This document shows, one piece after another, positions 38,646 through 47,233 of a DNA stretch of 64,000 nt. Made by a program: the position numbers and the translations under genes. Position 1 is the first letter of the stretch, and the number at the start of each line of letters is the position of its first letter. Below the pieces are notes generated by a model. The model saw only the letters and a program-made list of their open reading frames with translations. It was not told where the DNA came from and made no database searches. Source of the DNA: Streptosporangiaceae bacterium (GTDB lineage Bacteria > Actinomycetota > Actinomycetes > Streptosporangiales > Streptosporangiaceae); NCBI GenBank assembly GCA_049675875.1, contig JBAUAR010000011.1, positions 2,081 through 66,080 on the forward strand. Direction: 5' to 3'.

Positions 38646-41600
38646 CTAGTGCATGCGTCTTAAGGCCGCCTCGCGCCACATCTGGACGTCGGCGTGCTCG
38701 GCGATGGCAAGCGCGTGCTGGTAGTGGGCCTCCGAGCTGGGGAGGCCGAGGTAGCGGGCGAGGTCGCCCAGGATCTGGGCCACGGGCCCGAGTGTTATCA
38801 GCATCGTGTCGGCCCCCGCGGGCCGGCCGGCGTAAGGGAGCAGCGCCTGGTAAGCGAATTCGGCGTGTTCGCGGTCAGCAAGAGCGATGGCAAGCAGGCC
38901 ACGGATGCCGGTCAGGAACAGCCAGCGGCGGTCCGGGCGAATCGGGTGGAGGGGGCTGGCCACGCGCGCCTCGGCGGCGCGGCCCGTTGCGGCGAGCCCG
39001 AGCGCGTGCAGTTCAGGAAGCAGGCTAGGCGTCCGCGGGTCATCGCATAGCTCGGCCGTGATCTCCGCCATCCGGTCCTGCATGATCAGCACGGCTGACC
39101 GGCCGAGGATCGCCAGCACGGCCCCGTGCTGCGGCCCCAGCCCGAGACGGTCCATTTCCGCGCCGGCCTGCCGGTAGAACTCCGCAGCAGCCGGGTCTCC
39201 GCGCAGCGCTGCGCGTGTCGCGCGGTAGATGCTTACGGCGGCGGCGACGGTCGGGAGGTCGTAGCGGTCGGCGATGCCCGCGGCCTGGTCGGCGTGCTGG
39301 TCCGCCGCGGCGAAGTCCGCGGCGCCGCAACTAGCAGCCATGAGCATCATGTGGGCGAGTGCCTCGGCGGTCACTGGCTTGGCGGGTAGCGAAAGCAGCT
39401 CGGCGCCGATACGCAGCCGCTCATCCAGCCCGTCGTGCCGGAAGCTCAGGCACTGGACCCAGCGGCCGCCAAAGGCCATGGTCAGCAGGAAGGGGTCACC
39501 GAGGCGCCGGGCCATCGCTATGGATTCTGCGGCGGCCTGATCGCCGCGCTCGGAGTCGCCGTCCGCGAGTTCGAAGGCCAGCGTGACGAGCAGGCGACAG
39601 CTCAGCGGGTGATCGCCCGGTGGCAGCTGGGTCAGCGTCTGCTCGACCGTGCCGACAAGCTCATCGTCGGTTTCGCCGTATTCACGGAAGAACCAGGCCC
39701 GCGGCACGTCGAACGCGGTGATGACGCGGGCAACCAGGACCGGGTCACCGAGTTGCAGCGCAGCGCGGATTGCATCGCGCCGATAGGAGCGGGCGCTGGT
39801 CAAGTGCCCGGCCTGAGAAAGTGCGCCGACCAGACCGAGCACCAGCTCAAGCCGGTCTCGGGCGGGGGTGTCGCTAGCCTGGCCGAGGGACGCGATGGCC
39901 TGCTCCCACAGCCGGACGGCCTCAGGGAAGGCGAAGTGCTGCTCTGCCTGCTCAGCTGCGAGTCGACTGTACCGGGCTGTGCGCACCGGGTCGGTGCCTG
40001 CCGCGGCGAGATGGTAGGCGAGGGCGGCGACGTCGCCTGGACGGTGCGCTTCGATGGCCTCAGCCGAACGGGCATGCAGCCGAGACCGCCGCAACCTGGA
40101 CAGGTCCTGGTACAGCGTGTCGCGAACCAGCGCGTGCGCGAATCGGACCTGGCCTGGTCTCGGCTCGATCACCAGGCCGGTGAGCAGCCCCGCCTCGACG
40201 GCGTCGACGAGCACGTCATCGTGGGTACCGGCAACGGAGCCGAGCACGTCGAAGTCGGTCTCTATGCCGAGGACCGCCGCCTGCCGAAGAATCGTCTGGG
40301 CGCTGGCCGGCAGCCTGGCGATCCGCCGGAGTAGAACGTCCCGGATTCCGGCGGGCACTTCAGACGATGCGGCGAGTTCACCTTCGGAGTCGAGCAGCCT
40401 CGCCGTTTCCTTAATGAAGAACGGGTTGCCGCCGGTGCGCTCGGTGATGACTCGTACCGTTGCTTCGTCGACAGGGCGGGCGCATGTTGCCCTGATCAGT
40501 TCACCCGCTGCCACCGGGTCCAGTCCGATCAGCGCGAGCCGTACGGGTTCCCGGGTTGCCATCGCTGCGAGCAGGTCACGGAGCCGCTCGTTGACCTCGG
40601 CGGGACGGTAGCTAGCCAGCACGAGCATTCTGGCCGTGACATGTTCCGCCGTGAGGTCGGCGAGGATCGCCAGGGTCTCACCATCCGCGCGGTGCAGGTC
40701 GTCGAGTACTACCAGCAGCGGCGCGGTGCGGCTGACGTCCTGAAGGTAGGAGCGGACGGCTCGGTGCAGCCTGAACCGGGCGGCGGGCACGTCTGCGTCG
40801 CCGGTCGGCGTGTCGGTCAGCAGGATGGCCAGGCCCTGCGGATCGGTAGGCGGAGCCGTGCGCTCCAGCTGCCGGAGGACCTCGGCCCATGGCCAGCCCG
40901 CGGGTGCGCCCTCGTCTTCCGGGCAGCGCCCGGTGGTTACTGACCAGCCCTCGGCGGCTAGCTGCCGGCTCACCCGGTCTGCTAGCACGGTCTTGCCTGC
41001 GCCAGCCTCGCCAGTTACCAGCACGATCCGCATCCGGCCCGCCGCCGCCGCCAGCGCGGACTTGCTTACCTGCTCCAGCTCATAGGCGCGGCCGACATAC
41101 AGGCTCGTCCCGGCAAACGCCAGCTCGCTGATCTCGGGTGCATACCCGGCCGCGCCGAACAGCCGCGGCGGCGCGGCGGCGACTGCCGACAGCTGCGGGG
41201 CCTGGGCCAGAATGCCTTCCTCAAGCTCGCGCAGGGCCTTGCCGGGGTCGACGCCGAGGTCTTCGGCTAGCCGAGCCCGGACCCGGCGCAGCGCCCCCAG
41301 AGCCTCGCCCTGGCGGCCCGACTGGTAGAGCGCCAGCGCGAGCAGCCGCCATGCCTCCTCGCGCAGCGGATGCTCGGCGGTGAGGCGGCTCAGGTCGGCG
41401 ATGGTCTGCGCCGCGTGGCCCAGCCCCAGCGCTGCATTCGCCCGAATTTCCATGGCCGTCAGGCGCATTTCGCCCAGCCGCGATGCTTCCAGGTCGGCCC
41501 ACGACAGGCCCGCGAACTCCTGGAAGGCGGCACCGCGCCAGGCCGCCAGCGCCGACGACAGCCGGGCGTGCGTGGCGGCGGGATCGTTCAGCGCTGAGGC

Positions 41601-41942
41601 TTGCTGGACCTCTTCCTCGAACGACCACGCATCAACCAGGTCACGGTCCAGCCGAACCGCATAACCCGGCGGGGAGGTAACCAGCACGCGTGCTGAGGCG
41701 CGGGCAGGACGACCGGGCTCAAGTGCCCGGCGCAGGTGAGAGACATAGGACTGCAACGCGGCGATCGCTCTGGGGGGTGCCTCATCGGCATACAGATCTT
41801 CTATGAGCCGGTCAGCGGAGACCGCCCGGCCGTGCTCGGCAATCAGCCGGGCCAGCACGCATCGCTGCCTCGGCCCACCCAGGTCTGCCGGAGCACCTTC
41901 GACGGTGACCTCCAGCGGGCCGAGCACCTGGACGGCGATCAT
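38646..41942 (-). CDS. AfsR/SARP-family regulator (OmpR-type wHTH + BTAD + NB-ARC/AAA ATPase + TPR)
   Basis: The N-terminus MIAVQVLGPLEVTVEG...GGPRQRCVLARLI...LQSYVSHLRRAL is the SARP DNA-binding domain. BTAD follows (WRLLALALYQSGRQGEALGALRRVRARLAEDLGVDPG). Walker A is GEAGAGKT, then a long TPR-like tail. Start set at ATG 41942; the 175-codon upstream extension in the ORF track is rejected. Confidence 0.85.
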   Translation of the reverse strand: MIAVQVLGPLEVTVEGAPADLGGPRQRCVLARLIAEHGRAVSADRLIEDLYADEAPPRAIAALQSYVSHLRRALEPGRPARASARVLVTSPPGYAVRLDRDLVDAWSFEEEVQQASALNDPAATHARLSSALAAWRGAAFQEFAGLSWADLEASRLGEMRLTAMEIRANAALGLGHAAQTIADLSRLTAEHPLREEAWRLLALALYQSGRQGEALGALRRVRARLAEDLGVDPGKALRELEEGILAQAPQLSAVAAAPPRLFGAAGYAPEISELAFAGTSLYVGRAYELEQVSKSALAAAAGRMRIVLVTGEAGAGKTVLADRVSRQLAAEGWSVTTGRCPEDEGAPAGWPWAEVLRQLERTAPPTDPQGLAILLTDTPTGDADVPAARFRLHRAVRSYLQDVSRTAPLLVVLDDLHRADGETLAILADLTAEHVTARMLVLASYRPAEVNERLRDLLAAMATREPVRLALIGLDPVAAGELIRATCARPVDEATVRVITERTGGNPFFIKETARLLDSEGELAASSEVPAGIRDVLLRRIARLPASAQTILRQAAVLGIETDFDVLGSVAGTHDDVLVDAVEAGLLTGLVIEPRPGQVRFAHALVRDTLYQDLSRLRRSRLHARSAEAIEAHRPGDVAALAYHLAAAGTDPVRTARYSRLAAEQAEQHFAFPEAVRLWEQAIASLGQASDTPARDRLELVLGLVGALSQAGHLTSARSYRRDAIRAALQLGDPVLVARVITAFDVPRAWFFREYGETDDELVGTVEQTLTQLPPGDHPLSCRLLVTLAFELADGDSERGDQAAAESIAMARRLGDPFLLTMAFGGRWVQCLSFRHDGLDERLRIGAELLSLPAKPVTAEALAHMMLMAASCGAADFAAADQHADQAAGIADRYDLPTVAAAVSIYRATRAALRGDPAAAEFYRQAGAEMDRLGLGPQHGAVLAILGRSAVLIMQDRMAEITAELCDDPRTPSLLPELHALGLAATGRAAEARVASPLHPIRPDRRWLFLTGIRGLLAIALADREHAEFAYQALLPYAGRPAGADTMLITLGPVAQILGDLARYLGLPSSEAHYQHALAIAEHADVQMWREAALRRMH

Positions 41943-41984
41943 GGCAACCTCGCAGCGAGAGCGAATCAGCCCCACCCTGACGCG

Positions 41985-42028
41985 TCCGCAACCTGGCCGC
42001 AAGTCCGCCGCAAGTCGGCCACCAGCAC
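41985..42028 (+). promoter_or_regulatory. Four direct repeats at exact 11-bp spacing: candidate SARP binding site and promoter of the hemerythrin operon
   Basis: tCCGCAAcctg / gCCGCAAgtcc / gCCGCAAgtcg / gCCaCcAgcac start at 41985, 41996, 42007 and 42018. A possible -10 GATGCT lies at 42036-42041, 6 nt before GTG 42048. Confidence 0.5.
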
Positions 42029-42047
42029 GCTGGGCGATGCTCGGGGC

Positions 42048-42758
42048 GTGACCACCAGATCGCCATTCGTCCGCAGCACCCGGCCGACGCGGGAGCCCGA
42101 CCTGACGGGCATCGTCGTCATCCACCGGGCGATGCGCCAAGACATGCAGCGGCTCGCCGCCCGCCTGGCCGAGATTACGGACCGGGGCGCACCGTACGTC
42201 CAATCGCGCGCCATCAGCCGGTACGCCACTGCGCTGTTCGCCGAGATCTGCCGGCATCAGGCCAACCAGGACCACATCCTCTGGCCCGCCCTCACCACCG
42301 CTGCCGGACAAGCCGTCGACCTGATCCCGCTGACCGACGACCATCGCGATATCGAGGCAGCGATCGGCAGCACTAGTCGGGCCTTGGCTGCCATCGGCGC
42401 AAACCCCGACGCAGTTGCCAGGCTGCTCGCTTCGGTTACTCGACTGCGCACCATGCTCGACGAGCACATCGCCGACGAAGAACAGCAGATCTTGTCGGCC
42501 ATGACTCGCTACCTGCCCGCCACTGTCTACCGGCGATGCGAGATGCAGGCCCAGCGGAAGGCTTCGCTGACCAGCCTCCGGTTCTCCGCGTCATGGCTGG
42601 CGCGCTACGCCCGGCCAGCTGAGCTGCGCCAGATCCGGGCTAGCTACGGCTGGCCAGCCCGCATCTTGCTCAGTGCCGCGAGCTACCACTACGCCCGGCT
42701 GGAACGACAGGCGTTCGGCGCCAGCCTGGCTTGCTATCCGGATCTGCAACGTGCATGA
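42048..42758 (+). CDS. Hemerythrin (HHE cation-binding) domain protein
   Basis: Spaced His/Glu/Asp motifs: IHRAMRQDMQRL, HQANQDHILWP, DDHRDIE and LDEHIADEEQQI. GTG 42048 is the first start codon downstream of the divergent gene. Confidence 0.7.
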   Translation: MTTRSPFVRSTRPTREPDLTGIVVIHRAMRQDMQRLAARLAEITDRGAPYVQSRAISRYATALFAEICRHQANQDHILWPALTTAAGQAVDLIPLTDDHRDIEAAIGSTSRALAAIGANPDAVARLLASVTRLRTMLDEHIADEEQQILSAMTRYLPATVYRRCEMQAQRKASLTSLRFSASWLARYARPAELRQIRASYGWPARILLSAASYHYARLERQAFGASLACYPDLQRA

Positions 42759-42789
42759 TTACCCGTTTCGCTGGCCACGAGGAGAACAG

Positions 42790-43806
42790 ATGACTGGCAG
42801 AACTGACGGACTCATTGACCATCGGGGGTGGTCCGGCATGACGACGGCTTCCGAGGCGACGCGAGTTGTCCCGGCGCTCTCGGTGCACGGGCTGAGCAAG
42901 CGCTTCGGTCACAGGGTCGCGTTCGAGAACGTCTCCTTCGAGATCAGCCAGGGGGAAGTGTTCGGCTTCCTCGGGCCCAACGGTGCCGGAAAGACCACGA
43001 CCGTGCGGACGCTCGGTACTCTCATAGCCCCGACGTCAGGCTCGGCGACGGTTGCCGGAATTCCGCTCACGCCAGAGAACGGGGTCCAGATCCGCCGGCG
43101 GATCGCGATCATGCCCGAGTCGCCGGGCCTGTATCTGCGGCTGACCGTGGCCGAGAACCTCGACTGCTTCGCCGCCCTGTACGAGATATCCAACCCGGCC
43201 GAGCGGATTGATCGTGCGCTGCGCGCAGTCAGCCTGGCCGACCGGGCCAGCGATGTCTGCGGTTCGCTGTCTAAGGGGCTGCGACAGCGGGTCGCGCTAG
43301 CGCGGGCGCTGCTGTCCGACCCGGAGGTGCTGTTCCTGGACGAGCCGACCTCCGGGCTGGACCCGGTCGCCACCCGCGAGGTCCATGAACTAATCGACGG
43401 GCTCCGCCAGCGCGGCGTAACGATCTTCCTGACCACCCACCGACTGGAGGAAGCTGAGCGGCTCTGCGACCGAGTCGCGATCCTCAACACCACCCTCCGC
43501 ACGATCGGCCGGCCCGACGAGCTGCGTGACCAGCTATTCGCCAAGACGATCTCGGTCAAGACCCGCATGCCGCTGGCTGACCCCGCAGGCGTCCTTTCCG
43601 GACTGCCCGCCGTCGACGGCTGGCACCAGGATGGACCTGCCGCGTATGTGCTGGCCGTGTCCGACCCCGCGGCCGCCGCCCCAGCGGCCACCCGCGCGCT
43701 GGTCGCAGCCGGAGCCGACGTGCTGTCGATCAGCCAATCGCAGCACTCGCTCGAAGACATCTACCTGCAGCTCATCAGCCAGGACGAGGAGGCGCACCGC
43801 CGATGA
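42790..43806 (+). CDS. ABC transporter ATP-binding protein (ABC-2 type)
   Basis: Walker A GPNGAGKTT, signature LSKGLRQRVAL, Walker B VLFLDEPTSGLD. ATG preceded by GAGGAG. Confidence 0.9.
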   Translation: MTGRTDGLIDHRGWSGMTTASEATRVVPALSVHGLSKRFGHRVAFENVSFEISQGEVFGFLGPNGAGKTTTVRTLGTLIAPTSGSATVAGIPLTPENGVQIRRRIAIMPESPGLYLRLTVAENLDCFAALYEISNPAERIDRALRAVSLADRASDVCGSLSKGLRQRVALARALLSDPEVLFLDEPTSGLDPVATREVHELIDGLRQRGVTIFLTTHRLEEAERLCDRVAILNTTLRTIGRPDELRDQLFAKTISVKTRMPLADPAGVLSGLPAVDGWHQDGPAAYVLAVSDPAAAAPAATRALVAAGADVLSISQSQHSLEDIYLQLISQDEEAHRR

Positions 43807-44525
43807 ACATCAGCAGCAGCCGGGTGCGGGCTATCTACCACAAGGAACTCCGCGAGTACCGGCGCAATCGCTCCGTCGTCGCCGCAATGGCGATTTTCCC
43901 GCTGCTGTTTCTCATCCAGCCCATGATCACGGTCTTCACTCTGCCCGCCCTGTCAGCAGGCCAGATCGCGCATCACCATGAGCTGCTCTACCTGCTGGCC
44001 ATCCCAGCGCTCGTGCCCGCGACCCTCGCCGCCTATGCCGTGGTCGGCGAGCGCCAGCAGGGCACGCTGGAGCCCGTGCTCGCCACCCCTGTCCGCCGCG
44101 AAGAGTTCCTGCTCGGCAAGGCCCTCGCCGTGCTGGCGCCGTCAGTCGCGATCTCTTACGCCGTGTTCGCCCTGTTCGCAGTTTCTGTGGAGGTGTTCGC
44201 CCAGCCGGGAGTCGGCTCGGCCCTGCTGGCGGGCCCGGACGTCCTCGCCCAGTTGATCTTCACCCCGCTGATTGCCGGCTGGTCGATCTGGATTGGCATC
44301 GCGCTATCCACCCGGGTCAGCGAGGTCCGCGTTGCCCAGCAGCTCGGCCTGCTCGCCAACTTGCCATCGATCGCCGTTACGACGCTCATCGCGGTCAACA
44401 TCATCCACCCGACTCTGGCCCTAGCCGTCGGCTGCGCACTGCTGCTGCTGGTCTTCAACCGGCTGGGGTGGAGAGTCGCTTCAGCGCTGTTCGACCGAGA
44501 GCGCCTCATACTCAGCACCCGCTGA
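43803..44525 (+). CDS. ABC-2 type transporter permease
   Basis: Six TM helices. ATGA overlap with the ATPase stop. Confidence 0.8.
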   Translation: MNISSSRVRAIYHKELREYRRNRSVVAAMAIFPLLFLIQPMITVFTLPALSAGQIAHHHELLYLLAIPALVPATLAAYAVVGERQQGTLEPVLATPVRREEFLLGKALAVLAPSVAISYAVFALFAVSVEVFAQPGVGSALLAGPDVLAQLIFTPLIAGWSIWIGIALSTRVSEVRVAQQLGLLANLPSIAVTTLIAVNIIHPTLALAVGCALLLLVFNRLGWRVASALFDRERLILSTR

Positions 44526-44720
44526 TCGGCCACGTGATCCTGGCATGTTCGAGGAACGGGCTGGTCGGCGGGCGGAGGCTGGCGTGCCCGACTGGGCCGG
44601 TCTACGATCTTTGCACCGCAGTGGTCTTCAGTCCGTTGCCGTGCACCCGTGGGCAGCTGCCCCGAGTGACGCGGACTGGCTGGTGACCTGCTCGCCTGTT
44701 CCCGCGCAAGGGGAAACTCG

Positions 44721-45062
44721 ATGCCGCTCTACATGTACCAGGCCTCCTATACCGCCAAGTCAATGGCGGACCAGCTCAAGGCGCCGGAAGACCCGGTGGA
44801 AGTGATCCGGCCGGCCCTAGAGGAGCTGGGAGCCAGGATCGTCGTGGCGGGCTTTCCGTTTGGCGAGTATGACGTGCTCGTCGTGTATGAGGCACCTGAT
44901 GACATGACCGCTGCCAGCGTCGCGATGGCAGTTGCCGCGGCCGGCGAGGTCAGGACCGGCAAGACTACGCGGCTGCTCAGCGGGCAGGAATGGCTCGAGT
45001 CTTTGCGCAAACGGAGGATTGTCACCACCCGGAAAGCACCCCAGCCGCACGACAGTCGATAG
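44721..45062 (+). CDS. GYD-domain protein
   Basis: MPLYMYQASYTAKS...FPFGEYDVLVVYEAPDDMTAASVAMAVAAAGEVRT matches the GYD family. Confidence 0.85.
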   Translation: MPLYMYQASYTAKSMADQLKAPEDPVEVIRPALEELGARIVVAGFPFGEYDVLVVYEAPDDMTAASVAMAVAAAGEVRTGKTTRLLSGQEWLESLRKRRIVTTRKAPQPHDSR

Positions 45063-45129
45063 CCGATGACCCGGCAGCGCTGGTGACGGGGCTCGGCGGG
45101 ACCGCCGCACGGGTGTACGGAATCTAGCC

Positions 45130-46377
45130 ATGGTGCAACGCCAGTTTCCCAGGCCGAACGAGGTCCGTGAGCTCCTGCGGTTCAAGCGGCTCGAGCTGGA
45201 TGCGAAGAAGCGCCGCCTGGAGTCGGCACTCACGATCAACGACCTGCGCGCGATCGCGAAGCGGCGCACTCCGAGGGCCGTATTCGACTACGCAGACGGT
45301 GCCGCGGAAGAGGAGATCTCGATCGCACGCGCCCGGCAGGCATTCCGGGATGTCGAGTTCCACCCCTCGATCTTGCGCGGCGCCGCTGAGGTTGACACCA
45401 GCTGCGAGATCTTCGGCGGCCCGTCGGCCTTGCCGTTTGGCATCGCCCCTACTGGCTTCACGCGCCTCATGCAGACGGAGGGCGAGGTCGCGGGTGCCTC
45501 CGCGGCGGGCTCGGCTGGGATCCCGTTCTCCCTCTCGACCCTCGGTACCACCTCGATCGAGGACGTCAAAGCCGCCAACCCGCTCGGTCGCAACTGGTTC
45601 CAGCTCTACGTCATGCGCGACCGGGACATCTCATACGGGCTGGCCAGGCGGGCGGCCGCCGCAGGCTTCGACACGCTCCTGTTTACGGTTGACACCCCGG
45701 TGGCGGGGGCGCGGCTGCGCGACAATCGCAACGGGTTCTCCATCCCTCCGAAGCTGACGCTCGGCACCGTCGCCAACGCCATTCCGCGGCCGCGGTGGTG
45801 GATCGACTTCCTGACGACCCCGAAGCTTGAATTCGCCTCGCTGACATCGACCGGCGGAACCGTCGGCGAGCTGGTCGATGCTGCGATGGACCCGACGATC
45901 AGCTTTGCGGACCTCGACGCTGTTCGCTCGCTGTGGCCAGGCAAGATAGTTGTCAAAGGAGTCCAGAATCTCCAGGACGCCAAGAAGCTCGCCGACCTCG
46001 GGGTGACCGGGATTGTGCTCTCCAACCACGGCGGCCGGCAGCTCGACCGAGCACCGGTGCCGTTCCAGCTCCTGCCTACGGTGGCACGCGAGGTCGGCAA
46101 GGACCTAGAGATAGCGATCGACACCGGGATCTTGTCCGGGGCCGACATCATCGCCTCGGTCGCCCTCGGCGCGAAGTTCGTCCTGGTCGGCCGCGCTTAC
46201 CTGTACGGCCTCATGGCCGGCGGCCGCGAGGGGGTCGACCGCGCGATCGCAATCCTCCGCGACCAGACCGAACGGACCATGAAGCTGCTCGGCGTGACGA
46301 CCCTCACCGAGCTGACCACGAGCCACGTCACCCAGCTTGCGCGACTGCGCCCACTGCCGACGCCCCCGCTCGACTGA
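45130..46377 (+). CDS. FMN-dependent alpha-hydroxy acid dehydrogenase/oxidase (L-lactate dehydrogenase-like)
   Basis: Typical motifs [28 protein letters not shown] and [10 protein letters not shown]. Confidence 0.9.
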   Translation: MVQRQFPRPNEVRELLRFKRLELDAKKRRLESALTINDLRAIAKRRTPRAVFDYADGAAEEEISIARARQAFRDVEFHPSILRGAAEVDTSCEIFGGPSALPFGIAPTGFTRLMQTEGEVAGASAAGSAGIPFSLSTLGTTSIEDVKAANPLGRNWFQLYVMRDRDISYGLARRAAAAGFDTLLFTVDTPVAGARLRDNRNGFSIPPKLTLGTVANAIPRPRWWIDFLTTPKLEFASLTSTGGTVGELVDAAMDPTISFADLDAVRSLWPGKIVVKGVQNLQDAKKLADLGVTGIVLSNHGGRQLDRAPVPFQLLPTVAREVGKDLEIAIDTGILSGADIIASVALGAKFVLVGRAYLYGLMAGGREGVDRAIAILRDQTERTMKLLGVTTLTELTTSHVTQLARLRPLPTPPLD

Positions 46378-46424
46378 CGCTCCCACCCGGGTCGGTGCCG
46401 GGTGAGCGGCCACGTGGTGGTCGC

Positions 46425-47042
46425 TTACGTCGGCAGCTCCGTCCCCGCCTGCTCTGCTGCCATGTACGCGGCATACCAGTCAGGCCAGTTCGCGTCGGCC
46501 GTTCCGAGGCGCTTCTCATGCTCACCGTGCGCGGCCGACGCGCGTCGCATCGCGTTCGCCAGGTCCGTCGTGGATGCGAAGGCCGTCTCCGCGGCGTCGA
46601 TCCGGCCGGGCAGCCGCGCCGTGACCTCCTGCAGCAGCCAGCCGTTGCCATCCGGGTCGCTGAACGTGGCGAAGGAGCCGTAGCTGGCGTGATCAGGCGC
46701 GGGACCGCTCGCGCGGCCGCTCGTACCGTCGGGCTGAAACTGGGCTCCCGGCGTCCCGGCGTGGAACACCTTACTGACCTGGGCTCCGTAGCCGGTGAGC
46801 TCGCCACGCGCAGCTTCGATATCGGAAACGATCAGGTACAGGCCCTGGGCCGAGCCAGGCACGGCCGACGTGACCTTTGCGCCGAACTGGATCGAGCTTC
46901 CCGAGCCGGGCGGGGTGAACTGGACGATCCGGACGCCGTTATCGAAGGGAAAGTCGGCATCGAGCCGCCACCCGAGTCTCCCGTAGAACTGCTTCGCGCG
47001 GTCGACGTCCGAGACGGGGATGATGACCACCTCGAGCTTCAT
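46425..47042 (-). CDS. VOC/glyoxalase-family protein with C-terminal helical extension
   Basis: MKLEVVIIPVSDVDRAKQFYGRLGWRLDAD...FSDPDGNGWLLQE. The ORF-track start at 47219 is rejected in favour of ATG 47042. Confidence 0.8.
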   Translation of the reverse strand: MKLEVVIIPVSDVDRAKQFYGRLGWRLDADFPFDNGVRIVQFTPPGSGSSIQFGAKVTSAVPGSAQGLYLIVSDIEAARGELTGYGAQVSKVFHAGTPGAQFQPDGTSGRASGPAPDHASYGSFATFSDPDGNGWLLQEVTARLPGRIDAAETAFASTTDLANAMRRASAAHGEHEKRLGTADANWPDWYAAYMAAEQAGTELPT

Positions 47043-47233
47043 GTCCACGATGTCGGCTCCTGTCCGTTTGATGGCTACGGCCTGTGTCAATGCTGCGGTC
47101 TGGCAATTGTCGCTGACCTGTTTACTGTGGGAGAGCCGCTCTAGCGCGGACGCCTTCCCCCCGCACGGTGGGCGAACTCTGCTCGCATCTGCTCCACGCG
47201 AACACGTCTGACCGATCATGAGAGGAAGCCGCC

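Noticed and set aside
38646-41942. The NB-ARC/TPR protein as an Avs/STAND-type antiphage defence NTPase.
   Set aside because: Its N-terminus is a canonical SARP winged-helix DNA-binding domain plus BTAD, the AfsR-type regulator architecture. No nuclease, protease or other effector domain is present. A phased-repeat operator sits next to it.
41985-42028. CRISPR array or other large tandem-repeat locus. The short repeat sets at 2311-2332, 7771-7801 and 63631-63663 were also considered.
   Set aside because: The units are 11 nt long with no spacers, far too short for CRISPR repeats, and no cas genes are present. No repeat-spacer periodicity was seen anywhere in the window.
41943-42467. 175-codon N-terminal extension of the SARP ORF (track start 42467).
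   Set aside because: The extension is antisense to the hemerythrin gene and has no SARP-like sequence. The canonical SARP N-terminus (MIAVQVLGPLEV) starts at ATG 41942.
44526-44720. Possible riboswitch or leader in the 195-nt gap upstream of the GYD gene. The gaps upstream of the L,D-transpeptidase and GH15 genes were also considered.
   Set aside because: I could not recognise any conserved riboswitch core (TPP, SAM, FMN, cobalamin, glycine, ydaO, c-di-GMP). I also found no convincing terminator/antiterminator alternative.
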